64,000 bases of DNA, from assembly GCA_040285855.1 (NCBI GenBank), contig JAUFOQ010000013.1, positions 248,001-312,000 of the forward strand. Reading direction: 5' to 3'. The position numbers were made by a program, and so were the translations under genes. The DNA is from Eukaryota sp. GEM-RC1. Its lineage: Eukaryota. Shown here piece by piece: positions 11,761 through 23,308 of the stretch. The notes under the pieces were generated by a model that saw nothing but the letters and a program-made list of their open reading frames with translations, was not told the DNA's origin and searched no databases. Every line of letters starts with the position of its first letter. Position 1 is the stretch's first letter.

Positions 11761-12256
11761 GTTATCAATTTGAGGGTTGTTAGAAAGGCAAATAGCTGGA
11801 AGAATACAAGCACTAACCTTACAAGGGGGCGAGAATTTAAATTTTATTTTGGGTTATTGTGTTATCCAGAACCAAATGTCTGACACGTGTACATTCTAGA
11901 ATGTACAACACTTCTACTACCACCCCCTAAGTCATTTCTCAGTGATATAGGCTTAAGTTTGTTCTTCTATTTTTCACTCAGTTATACAGGACTTCTTGTT
12001 GGTAACAGATTTCGGTACATAACCTATACAAGTGTATCTAGACTTGGAGAGTAATTTTTGGACAATTCATTTAGTAACAGAAGAAATATCAGAATAAGAA
12101 CTGATTTATATAAGTACATATCATTAATTTACTAGTTTCTATTTGATACGTCCAGTATTGGGTACAGTACTTGTGTCAAGCTGGTTAACCAGTAAAGTTT
12201 GTATTGACTTTTTGCTCAACATCATTCCCAATTACTTGTACAGACCCTAAAGCTTC

Positions 12257-13441
12257 ATGTGTAATGAATTCATAGAAGATCCATCCGTTGCTTCTCTTTT
12301 ATTGGATGCTACTTCGCACTATTCTTCTTATTTGTTTGACCTATTTCAATCTACATCAGACAGTACTATTTCATCATTTCGCTTTAATGAATCTCTGCAG
12401 GTCAGTTCAGTTCTGTCCGATCAACAATGGTCCACACAGTTCTTACCACATGTTACACAGCGTTGTCCTTCATCATATCAGCATTTCCCTCTCATTGCTG
12501 CTTTAGTCCGTCATTACATTTCCAAAGACATTGTCCGGCTGAAATCAAAGTCTTTGTTGTCAATTTTTCTCCAGGACAGTGACTTTCACAGTTTCTCCTT
12601 CGATCCTTCTCCAAACACATCTAAGATTTCCCCCATTGTACCACTCAGTCGTCCTACTGCTACCAACATAGAGCCCTGCCCTCTGGATCTAGACCCAAAC
12701 CTCACTGAAACTCAACTGCAATCTCTTCTCGATGCTCACTGTGCTGCTCTTAACGCCCTTCCTGATACACAAAGTTCTCTATGTCCTCCAACTCAAGCTG
12801 GGGGATCTCCTCCAATTACATCTGTTAAGTTCTCTACCATCTCCAACCCACTCATTTTCTCATCAAACCTATCTAAACCACAACTCCAGGAGATCAGCAC
12901 ATGGTCTTCATCTCTTGGGTATTCTGTCACTTCTAAATGGACTCCTAAAGTTACTCATTTAGTTACCACCGTTTCTAACAACCGCGTCAAGAGAACCATA
13001 AAGTACCTTCAAGCTCTGATCTCCAACTCTCTGGTGGTAGACTTTGACTGGTTGGTACAAAGCCTGACTCGTAAGAAACTCTTAGATGAAACCCCATTCA
13101 TTCCCCATGGTGATGGCTCTGTAGTTGGAGGTCCAATGACTGCTTTTAATAAGAAGAAGAGAGGAGAGAGGTCGTTGTTTAGTAAGTGGGGGTTTTATTT
13201 AGTTGATAGATATAGTTTTGTTGATAGAAGGTCTGTTGAAATGCTTGTAAGAGCAGGTGGTGGTGAAGTTCTTAGTAAGCCTTGTAAAAGTAATCAAAAG
13301 GTAAGGGGTTTGATTGAAGAAGGGAAAGTTGGTGACGTCATCAATAAGTGGACAGGTGTGGAACTTGTTTGCATTGATTGGTTTCTGAAGTGTTGTGCGG
13401 CTAACTCGTTGATTGAAGATGATAAATATAGAGTTCAGTGA
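12257..13441 (+). CDS. Tandem BRCT protein (BRCA1/BARD1-like C-terminus)
   Basis: VTHLVT...KRTIKYLQALISNSLVVDFDWLVQSL and LVRAGGGEV...VCIDWFLKC are two BRCT signatures. Confidence 0.85.
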   Translation: MCNEFIEDPSVASLLLDATSHYSSYLFDLFQSTSDSTISSFRFNESLQVSSVLSDQQWSTQFLPHVTQRCPSSYQHFPLIAALVRHYISKDIVRLKSKSLLSIFLQDSDFHSFSFDPSPNTSKISPIVPLSRPTATNIEPCPLDLDPNLTETQLQSLLDAHCAALNALPDTQSSLCPPTQAGGSPPITSVKFSTISNPLIFSSNLSKPQLQEISTWSSSLGYSVTSKWTPKVTHLVTTVSNNRVKRTIKYLQALISNSLVVDFDWLVQSLTRKKLLDETPFIPHGDGSVVGGPMTAFNKKKRGERSLFSKWGFYLVDRYSFVDRRSVEMLVRAGGGEVLSKPCKSNQKVRGLIEEGKVGDVINKWTGVELVCIDWFLKCCAANSLIEDDKYRVQ

Positions 13442-14104
13442 TTGAGAAATCTATTCATCCTTTGAAAGTTTATCCAAATATTATTCTACTTATGTGATCA
13501 ATGTGGATAAAGAATGGTGTTCTGAAGTTATGTATTGAATTGAGATAACTCCTTTTGAGTGCAAATATTTTTTGGATTGATATTCAAATTGTTGTAGTTT
13601 TATGCTAATTGAGTTAATCGTCACTTCATAAACTTGTTGTGCAGAATTTTATTAAAGTGATTCCTCAACTGAATATGAAACAAAGAAAGAATTTACGTGC
13701 AGAGAAAAACACACAACAAGAGGTAGTTTATAGTTTTGTAGGAAGGTTACCTTAATGGGTGGCGAATAAAGTTTTCCGTTTGGTCAACAAGAGAACAACA
13801 AATAAATAAACATTATTACAACAAATTATCAAACGAACTACTTTATTCCGAAAAGTAGTTGCCTCCAAACAACTTGGACAAAATGGAATCAACATGTCTA
13901 TACATAGACCTAAAAATCGAAAAAATTAAATTTACTCTTCTAGTACGATCTGTTAAACTTCTTGCCAAATTCTGAACACAAATTTTCAAATATATATAAA
14001 AACTCCTTGGTAAAATATGAAACATTGTATATATGGTTGACGGATTGTTTTCCATAAATTTTTTCTTTTTGAAGGAGCTTGTTATGTACATTTACAAGTA
14101 TGTA

Positions 14105-14978
14105 CAGTAAACTCTCTCTAATTGCAACCCCTGTAATTGAAAACCCTCTGAAATTGCAACAAAAACCCATGCCACCGAGTAAAACAATACCAAATTGAAA
14201 ATTGAAACAATTGCAACAGTTTTTGAGACCTAATTGAAACATTGAAGTCAACATTATATTGTATTCTGGGTGTCGCATCTATAGCTAGCTGTCATATATT
14301 GATATTAGTGTGGAGAAAGAGGTAGACGTTGTTTTTTCATAAATCCTACAGTACTCTTCTGGTTTTTCCCATCATCAACTTCAATATACCGTACACAGTA
14401 CTGAACATCAACCAAAAGTCAAATAGAAATGCATGCTCGTCAATATTTTGAAGATGATGAAAAGACAGAAACTGTAACTGCAGAATCTTTCCTCAAAAAA
14501 GGAACTGAATCATTGTTTGAGAATTTTCTCCAATCGTGTTGAAATACATTAGTTTAATGACTGCACTGCTCTAAATCAAGTGATGATAGATCCTCCAGTA
14601 GTGCTGGGGGAAAAGAGGGAGAAAGATTGGTTCATTTTTGTCACCCTTACGAAATATAAACGAAACAATTACTATGTACCCTTGTATAAAGAGTACTGTC
14701 GATATTAAGTGAATTTATTTTTAAAAAGCGGGATGATTAATTTGAGTCAAGATAATAACATTTGTTTAAGTCCGAGCATTTGTGGTAGTTGTATTGTGGA
14801 TCAGACTTGTTAATTTGCTCTTGCAGCCTAATTAATAACATATTTGATGTTCTGGAATGAATATGGATGTTGTATTTAGGTTTTGGTAGCTTTATAGAAA
14901 TTCTCTGTAATTGAAAACTCTCTGTAATTGAAACGAAACTCCATTCACCAAGTCGTTTCAATTAGAGAGAGTTTACTG
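14105..14978. mobile_element. Non-autonomous Tc1/mariner (pogo/Tigger-like) element
   Basis: Perfect 20-bp TIR CAGTAAACTCTCTCTAATTG, TA on both sides, subterminal CTGTAATTGAAA repeats; no intact transposase. Confidence 0.85.
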
Positions 14979-15052
14979 TACATTGTATTTGTATGGATGA
15001 TTGGGGACTGAAATCTTTTGACTTCCAATTACAGTACATACCTCTTTACTAA

Positions 15053-15367
15053 ATGGTCATTGGAGTCCCTGGTTCAGCACAAGATCTACAAATGTGTAGA
15101 AAACATACCGGCAATGGTACTGGTAAACTTTGCTCTCTTTGTGAAGGTCGTTGTGTCATTTGTGACTCTTATGTTCACCCACATACCATTGTACATGTCT
15201 GTGATGAGTGTCATTTAGGTCCTTCTGCTGATAGATGTATCATTTGTTCTAAGATTGGTGTATCTGATGCTTTTTATTGTCGCCAATGCGTTTTATCTGA
15301 CAGGGATAAGGATGGATGTCCTAGAGTAACTCAAATTCTATACAAGACTTCATCTCTGCGGAGATGA
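15053..15367 (+). CDS. PHF5A: PHF5A/Rds3 U2 snRNP (SF3b) zinc-finger protein
   Basis: MCRK..G...GKLC..CEGRCVICDSYV.P...V.VCDEC......RCIIC...GVSDAFYC..C....DKDGCPR. Confidence 0.93.
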   Translation: MVIGVPGSAQDLQMCRKHTGNGTGKLCSLCEGRCVICDSYVHPHTIVHVCDECHLGPSADRCIICSKIGVSDAFYCRQCVLSDRDKDGCPRVTQILYKTSSLRR

Positions 15368-15407
15368 GTGAACAAGTTATCCTTATGATGCAAATGAGGT
15401 TCTTCCA

Positions 15408-15821
15408 TCACTCCTTGAATAGAAAATCTACTTCATGGACAAACTTTGGACAGTTTTCTTCGGTAATGATGGACCCTATAGACCACAGAGGGTTCTTTAT
15501 GACATAATGGTCAAATAGCTTTTCATAAAACAATTGTAAGTTGTTCTTGATGTCTGATTTAGAAGGGTCTGTGACTACTATAAAGTGATAGCCTGTTCCA
15601 GATTCAAAGTGATGTAGGCAGTAACTGCAGGTACGGACAATATTGAAGGTGTCAGTGTACTTTGGAGCTCCTAAGCTTATACAGGACTTGATTGCGGATA
15701 TGAAATCAAACATGAGATGTTGGTCTTGATCTTGCTCCAAAGCACGATAAGGTCTATTCCATTCTCTGTAGAAGATACAAGTTCCTTTGCGATTGAAGAT
15801 GTAGCAATTGTGGTAAGACAT
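15408..15821 (-). CDS. TRAPPC1: TRAPP complex subunit Bet5/TRAPPC1 (sybindin family)
   Basis: HNCYIFNRKGTCIFYREWNR...YCLHHFESGTGYHFIVVTD...YVIKNPL. Confidence 0.88.
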   Translation of the reverse strand: MSYHNCYIFNRKGTCIFYREWNRPYRALEQDQDQHLMFDFISAIKSCISLGAPKYTDTFNIVRTCSYCLHHFESGTGYHFIVVTDPSKSDIKNNLQLFYEKLFDHYVIKNPLWSIGSIITEENCPKFVHEVDFLFKE

Positions 15822-16313
15822 CCACAAGGAACTTTGGTTGAATAACTTTCAACAGAAAATTTGCCCCAGAATTTGTCTGGGTCAATCTAGACTGTTCTGT
15901 TTCTTAATGAAAAAACTATCAACTTTGCTCTTATCTTTTAAATGTTTTTGTGTATTGTGCCAAAAATGGATCTTTTCCCCAACCTGGATGCTCTTGTTTT
16001 CTAAAAACTCACTCATGCGACTTGAAACTTGATCTAAATTTTAAGGATAACTGTGATTTAATTAATCACGTTAAAACAAATAAAACACGGAAGTAAAACA
16101 AATAGATGGATGGAGAAGTTGCGGAAAACTTAAAAAGTTGAAGCCCATTGAACAAGTTTTTCAGGTTGAATGAATTGTTAACAAAAATCAAATGTCACTA
16201 GCAGAAACTCCCACACAATCTGCCACAACACAGGAAATTTTTTCAAGCACAACAATTTGACAATCTCAATTCAACTCCCAAAATGTGGAATCTCCTCAAT
16301 ATTATCTATTCTA

Positions 16314-16625
16314 ATGGCTGGTCGTGGTAAAGGTGGTAAAGGTCTTGGTAAAGGTGGAGCTAAACGTCATCGCAAAGTTCTTCGTGAAAACATTCAGGGT
16401 ATCACAAAGCCCGCTATCCGTCGTCTTGCTCGCCGTGGTGGTGTTAAACGTATCTCTGCTCTTATCTATGATGAAACTCGTACCGTTCTCCGTACTTTCT
16501 TGGAAAACGTCATCCGTGATTCAGTTACTTATTGTGAGCATGCTAGAAGGAAGACTGTCACTGCTATGGATGTTGTCTATGCTTTGAAACGTCATGGACG
16601 TGTCTTGTACGGTTTTGGTGTTTAG
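16314..16625 (+). CDS. H4: Histone H4, orphan copy
   Basis: Protein identical to the clustered H4 copies; about 90 bp upstream and 40 bp downstream are also homologous. Confidence 0.97.
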   Translation: MAGRGKGGKGLGKGGAKRHRKVLRENIQGITKPAIRRLARRGGVKRISALIYDETRTVLRTFLENVIRDSVTYCEHARRKTVTAMDVVYALKRHGRVLYGFGV

Positions 16626-16646
16626 GTTTTTTCTCTTCAATTGGAT

Positions 16647-16662
16647 GGTGTTTTTTAATACT
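16647..16662 (+). promoter_or_regulatory. Weakened histone stem-loop (orphan H4)
   Basis: GGTGTT-TTTT-AATACT: two G-U pairs and loop C changed to T. Confidence 0.65.
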
Positions 16663-17688
16663 GTTATTTCTTTTGTTTTAGTGGTTTATGCTTTATTCAC
16701 TCCGCATCTAGATTGTTTCGATAAATAATCATAAAATGTTCTGTAACCATACAATCTCGAATCTTCATTACATCGAAAAGTTCTTGACGTACCAAGATTT
16801 ATACATCAACACAGTTTTACACTACTTTTTTTAAAGTTTACTGTTATGCACTACTAGTTTTCAAAGATAAATCCAACACTTCTGGTGTTACAATCGTTAA
16901 CTTCTTTTTTAAAATCTCGTTTAGGAGCCAATAAAAATACGACATTGCTCTAACATCTGAAATTGATGACGATTATCAGATTCTGTCTAAAAGAACCACA
17001 CGTCTTAAAAATGACTCAATTAGCTAAATAACTACTCCAAATTCTGCTTTAAACCTCAACTTCCACATCATGAGACCTATTTATTCAAGATCTTCTGATT
17101 GTTTATTTCTTGTTAATATTCTAAGTAATCAGTCGTCTTCTCAACAGATAACTAATAAATAGCTATCAGCAAAAACATGGAGATGCCATTTCATGTACGG
17201 TGTGCTGTCAGGACAAAACAAGAACCTACACTGTGATAATTTTGTCAAACCGTAACGTCACCATCACGAGGTAGCCAATAAAAGAAGTTTACTTAGTAGA
17301 AGTTGATGTCAGGGTTCCAACTGGCGTTGAAATATTAATTGCAGTGTCCCCCCTGTTATTGTAGTAAGAGGGGATACATTAGATATTTATTCATTAGTGG
17401 AATGGGATGGTTACTGTGTCACTGAGTAGGTGTAATTAATTCAAGTGTAACTGGAAGATTGAGAGAGATAACGAAGATCTCATTTCATAGAGCAATTGTC
17501 TTTAAGTGTTTGTACATTAAGATTGAAGTCAGAAGATTTATAACAACGAACCGAAAGATAATTCTTGTATTAAGTTCGATTGAAATATCCCAAGCCTTCT
17601 TACCAAGATCAAGTTAGGGTTGTCTTCTATTTTTGACAAAGAACTGGTTGAGAGAGTTGTTAAAAATTGAAATTAAATCACTTCTAAC

Positions 17689-20248
17689 ATGGACTGCTTC
17701 GTTTGTTGTGAATCGTTCAATCTCTCTAACCGTGTTGCCCTCCTAATCTGTTGCGAAGGACATACTTGTTGTTCTGAGTGTTCAGAGTTCTTGAATCAAT
17801 GTCCCCTTTGCCGTAGCGATTGTCTTGAAGAGAGGAAAGTAAATTTTGCTCTACAGGACCTGGTCAAAGCATCTCGCGATGGAGAACTCTGCCCCCGAAT
17901 CCCCTCAGATCAAATCGTTCTCGGAGATAAGATCGCAGAAGGAGGATTTGCTGACGTTTACTCCGCCAAATGGTTCGATCTCCACGTCGCCATCAAGATG
18001 GTCTCTCTCACAGAGAAAGGACGCATAGAACTCCATAGAGAAATGAATCTTCTCTTCAATCTCAACCATCCTGCTGTTCTACGTGTATTTGGTACCACCT
18101 TCTTTGATGATTCCATTGGCATCGTCATGGAATTAGCTTCTTCTCCCCTCCCCCTCCCCAAGTCTTCTCTCTCCATCTACTGTCAGGTACGCTAAAGAAC
18201 TTTGCCAGGCAGTGAAGTTCCTCCATCTCAAGTCTGTTGTACATGGAGACTTAAAACCAGCCAATGTCCTTTTGGTTGACGACCATGTCAGAGTTGCCGA
18301 TTTTGGCACTTCCAAGAACCTAGCCGCCACAACTCTAGTGACCAGAGCAAATGCCATGAGTCCCAAGTATGCTGCTCCTGAGCAGTTTGATTCGAGACCT
18401 GGTCCTTTTAGTGATATTTATTCACTTGGATTAATACTATATGAACTTTTAACGGGACGAGAAGCTTTTGAAGGTTTGTTGATGATGCAGATTTTTGGAG
18501 CAAAAGTTCAAGGCAAACCATTGCATTTTGATGACTCAACACCAGAATGTTTGAAAGAGATAATAATGAAGTGTTTAAATCCAGATCCATCATTACGACC
18601 TCAAATTAATGAAATCACTGATATTTTAAATACTTTGAATGTTTTGGAAGCTGATGGTGATAATTATGACCAATTATTTTTGATTGAAGAAAATGAATCT
18701 TTGAAAACTAAAATTGATGAACTGAGTGATGAAGTTTTGAACTTGAAACGTGAGAATTCTGAACTTGTCAATCAAATTCAAAGTATTTCTACTCTAAACA
18801 ATGAGCTTCACGACAAGGAAAAGTCTTTTAACCAACAAATTTTAAATTTGGAAACCGACAATCACTCCTTAAGAGAAGAAATTGAACGTCTTAATTCTGA
18901 AATGTTAAAATTCAACTCTCCTAATAATGACATTCCTCACTAATTTATTGCACCACTTTCTTTTGGAAGTTCTCAAGATTTAATTCCAAAGCCAAAGAAG
19001 AAATTACAACAAGAAATACCTGTAAAAAGGGAAGTTAATAATAATTATGAGATTGATTTGAGTAAGTTAACGCCTAGATTGAGGGAGGTTTTGGAAAAAA
19101 TTAGGAATGGGCCTGTTAGTGAGGTTAGTCTTGGTAACGCTCAGAATTCTAAGGATGAACGTATTGGTACTGAAGGTGCCATTGCATTGGCTGATGCTTT
19201 GAAGGTCAATTCCACTGTTACTCAGATTAGTCTTATGAAAAACTCTATTGGTAATGAAGGTGCCATTGCATTGGCTGAAGCTTTGAAGGTGAATTCCACT
19301 GTTACTCAGATTGATCTTGGTAGTAACTCTATTGATACTGAAGGTGCCATTGCATTGGCTGAAGCTTTGAAGGTGAATTCCACTGTTACTCAGATTGATC
19401 TTGGTAGTAACTCTATTGATACTGAAGGTGCCATTGCATTGGCTTATGCTTTGAAGGTCAATTCCACTGTTACTGAGATTGATCTTAGGCTTAACTCTAT
19501 TGGTAATGAAGGTGCCATTGCATTGGCTGATGCTTTGAAGGTCAATTCCACTGTTACTCAGATTAGTCTTATGAAAAACTCTATTGGTAATGAAGGTGCC
19601 ATTGCATTGGCTGAAGCTTTGAAGGTGAATTCCACTGTTACTCAGATTGATCTTGGTAGTAACTCTATTGATACTGAAGGTGCCATTGCATTGGCTGAAG
19701 CTTTGAAGGTGAATTCCACTGTTACTCAGATTGATCTTGGTAGTAACTCTATTGATACTGAAGGTGCCATTGCATTGGCTTATGCTTTGAAGGTCAATTC
19801 CACTGTTACTGAGATTGATCTTAGGCTTAACTCTATTGATACTGAAGGTGCCATTGCATTGGCTTATGCTTTGAAGGTCAATTCCACTGTTACTGAGATT
19901 GATCTTAGGCTTAACTCTATTGGTAATGAAGGTGCCATTGCATTGGCTGATGCTTTGAAGGTGAATTCCACTGTTACTAAGATTTATCTTGGGGGTAACT
20001 TTATTGGAAATGAAGGTGCCATTGCATTGGCTGAAGCTTTGAAGGTCAATTCCACTGTTACTAAGATTAGTCTTTTGGGTAGATCTATTGGAAATGAAGG
20101 TGCCATTGCATTGGCTGATGCTTTGAAGGTGAATTCCACTGTTACTGAGATTAATCTTTCGTTTAACTCTATTGACTCTGAGACTAAACAACTCATCAAA
20201 AGAATCTCAAATAATCGGATCAAGTGCCAATTCTCTTTTGTTAACTGA
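17689..20248 (+). CDS. RING - protein kinase - coiled coil - RI-type LRR protein (three apparent frameshifts)
   Basis: RING CFVC..CEGHTCCSEC..CPLCR; kinase motifs AEGGFADVY, VAIK, HGDLKPAN, DFG, APE; heptad-rich segment. Linker 18939-19057 reads NFIAPLSFGSSQDLIPKPKKKLQQ. Indels near 18165, 18938 and 19040. Confidence 0.75.
19163..20170 (+). repeat. Tandem array of 12 x 84-bp (28-aa) leucine-rich repeats
   Basis: Unit I(G/D)(N/T)EGAIALA(D/E/Y)ALKVNSTVTxIxLxxNS; order A-B-B-C-A-B-B-C-C-D-E-F. Confidence 0.95.
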
Positions 20249-21769
20249 CTACGTGTCAATTGATGACGTTTACTTCTTCCATCTTCTTCATCAGTATGTA
20301 GTTTTCAGAGCATTGTATAAGATTTAAAAAGTATATTTCTGTGCCAAAAACCACCTGAATTGTTTTATATACATGTCTTTATGTCGCCTCATCAAACCAT
20401 ACAGATGTACATCTAATGATGGTTTGATATACTTTAATCTCCTCAGAAACATATTGACTTTTCACCAATAGTTTACGGCAAAAGTGACTTTCGCCATCAT
20501 TGTTCAAAGATCCAAAGCTCAAATTTTGACATCAACTTAATATAAGCCACGTAGTCTCTAATTAGTGGCGGATTTTTTAAAAAGTTGAAAAATTGTATTT
20601 CTTGTTAAATAAATTCAATCTAAAATCATGATTTTATTAGAAGATTCCCTTTCATATAAGTGGAAGTCCCCTTCACCATAACTAAATCGCTACACATACC
20701 AGTTGTCTCACAACTTTAATCAATATAGTACAACGGTTACTTGGATTCAGTTATCACTGTCAAAATTTAAAAAATCAACTTTAGAATTAGTCTAACTGTG
20801 ACTGAATTGCTAATTAAACTAATTAGACAAACAAGAGTAGCATTGATGCTATCCTTTTAAAATATCAGTTCAACTGTTTTGATGCACATTCAGAACTAGA
20901 AACCATCACCATTCAGCTTTGGTGTAAAACTGCTGCCATCACTTGATGTGATAACAGATCGTTTCATTCTAAATTTGGTGAGTCCGGCGATATAGTGTTC
21001 TTTCTTTGATTGTATGTTCATTCAATTCAATTTCTTAAGGGAAAAACCGAACCAGGGAATTTCACAATTTTAAGTTCCTTTTAACGAAGGGTATGATGAT
21101 TGCAGTCATAATATTGCAAGTGTTTATTTTAGTGAAAAACATCTATTAACCTATGAGAAAAGTGAACTTACTAGTAGTTGAATGAGTGGAATTGTATTTC
21201 AGCGATGTTGGACATCAAACGAAAAGATCCTGAAGAATACTGGATCGTCCTATACAGCGTATCACCAACTATTATTTGTTCGATCCAAACCGCACACACT
21301 TAATTAGTGTTGGCCAGTTAGATGATTTGCCATTTGTTTCCAAATCATTTATGGTAAGCCGTGTACAATTTCTAGTATGACGGTTCTTCAAAACTCCTTA
21401 ATCATTGCATTTTGAAATGAAATATTTGGAGTTAAACAAAGTGTTTGAAGAGTTCCAACCTAAATGGGAGACTCAAGTAAAGGTCAAAAAGTGGGTCAAA
21501 AAGTTCCTTCCACAGAGCGTCCTTCTAAATTTCTAAACATGAAATCATTACCAATTTCATGTGCAACAGTTTAAATGATATTGGTGAGGGAATTCTCGTT
21601 AACTGGAAATAATAATTTGATTTGTATCAATCCCTTTTTACTTTTTATTCTAAATGTAATAGCCTAGACAACTAAAATTTGATATCATTAAAACAACACA
21701 AAATTACATATTATTTCTTCATCAAATTTATATTTCTATAGATTCACATAATTACAAAGTGTGTGAAAA

Positions 21770-21844
21770 CAGCCAAAACTGTTTATAGCGTGAAACTCTA
21801 CACAGCGTAGGTACATATAGTCTTGCTATAAACAGTTTTGATTG
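21770..21844. mobile_element. Mini-MITE (75 bp) with pogo-like ends
   Basis: CAGCCAAAACTGTTTATAGC ... GCTATAAACAGTTTTGATTG|TA; 16-bp perfect inverted core. Confidence 0.55.
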
Positions 21845-22949
21845 TACAAGCAATTTTACTAGAATACGTCCGTTCAGTGAATAAAAACAAGAACACTATG
21901 TCGTTTGATAACTAGACTATCCAAAATGTTAAATGATAAGTACTTGAATTTACTACCTTAAAACTGGTATGCACTTTTGAAATGATCAATGTTAATGTCA
22001 CATGTCAGTCTTGTTACGTGTAAACCTAAAGGCTGCATGAAACTACTTATGACTAGATAGGAACATCCTCATCGTATGAGATGGAACATCTATTGGTCAA
22101 CTCTTATATACCGCAAGTGATCACATCATTTGATCTTTCAATCCTCTTCTTAAATCAAGACGCTGTGCCAATTCCTTTATTAATACCAAGAATAGTTAAC
22201 ATTTCCATGAGTTCAGCCAACCGACTTAGTGCAGTCAAACTTGCTTATTTTGGTGGTGCTTCACCATTAACATAACCACAAATGTACACAAATCTTTGTA
22301 CTCCACTAACCCTAACTCAGGAAATGAACCAATGAACTTGTACAAGTACTAATCGGAAAGAGTGATCAGAAGGTTCGTCAATTTCTTTTACTAATTACAG
22401 TTTATTTGCTATTGTGTTTGGGACAAACAGAAAAACGTACGTGCTACTGCTGACCAAAAGAAAATATTTGGTATCACATGCCATTGGGAGCCTGTATGTG
22501 TTCGTCCTTCTCATTATTATTCATGTATATCCAAATTTGATTGCCAATCATTCATGATTAACTTTGATTGTGAACAACAACATGTTTATAAGATTTCATC
22601 AATCGAACACAGTGTGATCTGAATTGATTAGCAATGGTTTGTAGCCATTGATTAACTTATTTTAGGTGCTTCTGCTTATGACGTCAGAACCAAATATCCT
22701 TTATTCTATACCAAAAGCTCATGTTTAGTGAAAAAGTTACAATCTTAATGGATTGTTGAATCTACTGGAACATGCATTCGAAATTATACGTTTACTCAAA
22801 GCTTTCCAATTAACTGGTTCCTTTGTGCTCAATTCAGGTTAATTTAAAAATCTGAGTGGGAAATCCATCCTTCGAACAATGCATTCAATGAAAATATACA
22901 GTAAGTGTTGAAAATGAATGGCCCTATTTGTCTAGTCACTTATGCAGAC

Positions 22950-23308
22950 AAAGCCCCCGACTGACTAGCGACTTCAGCGGAAAGAACGGAGTCAACGACC
23001 TAACTCTCACCTTAGACGCTGACTTACCCAAAATCGTAGATATTGTTCCTGTCTTGGCCAAAGCCAAGTATATAGCTATCTTAGACCTACCCAAGTCCTT
23101 TCGGCAAGTCAAACTTCACCCTGATGACGTGAAGAAAGCTTCGCTATCCATCCCCTGACCCTCGATCTCATTTACCCGTGCTGCCTTTGGATTGAAGAAT
23201 GTTCCAGCATTCTTTCAGAACTTAATGGTTTCATTTTTCGCCGACGATGATATTTTCATCTACATTGATAACATTATTGTATGTTCTGAAAATTTTGATG
23301 ATCTACTC
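22950..23308 (+). mobile_element. Ty3/gypsy-like reverse transcriptase relic
   Basis: PRLTSDF..VNDLT..LPKI..KYIAILDLPKSFRQVKL..SIP*..AAFGLKNVPAFFQNLM..FIYIDNIIV; in-frame stop and YIDD changed to YIDN. Confidence 0.85.

Noticed and set aside
13690..13812. Short dispersed repeat shared with 34828-34875 (GAGAAAAACACACAACAAGA)
   Set aside because: Too short and without termini or structure to classify.
19163..20170. CRISPR-like appearance (constant repeat with short variable part)
   Set aside because: Units are in-frame 28-codon LRRs, the variable parts are only a few nucleotides and recur, there are no cas genes, and the context is eukaryotic.
19067..20191. 374-aa antisense ORF over the LRR array
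   Set aside because: A stop-free antisense frame in one 84-bp unit is simply propagated by tandem repetition; no independent coding signal.
1170..23308. TGA stop reassignment (in-frame TGA at a Trp position in the phosphatase relic, and TGA in other relics)
   Set aside because: Intact conserved genes (PHF5A, TRAPPC1, BRCT, TBP-like 1) terminate at TGA, and the relics have other lesions.
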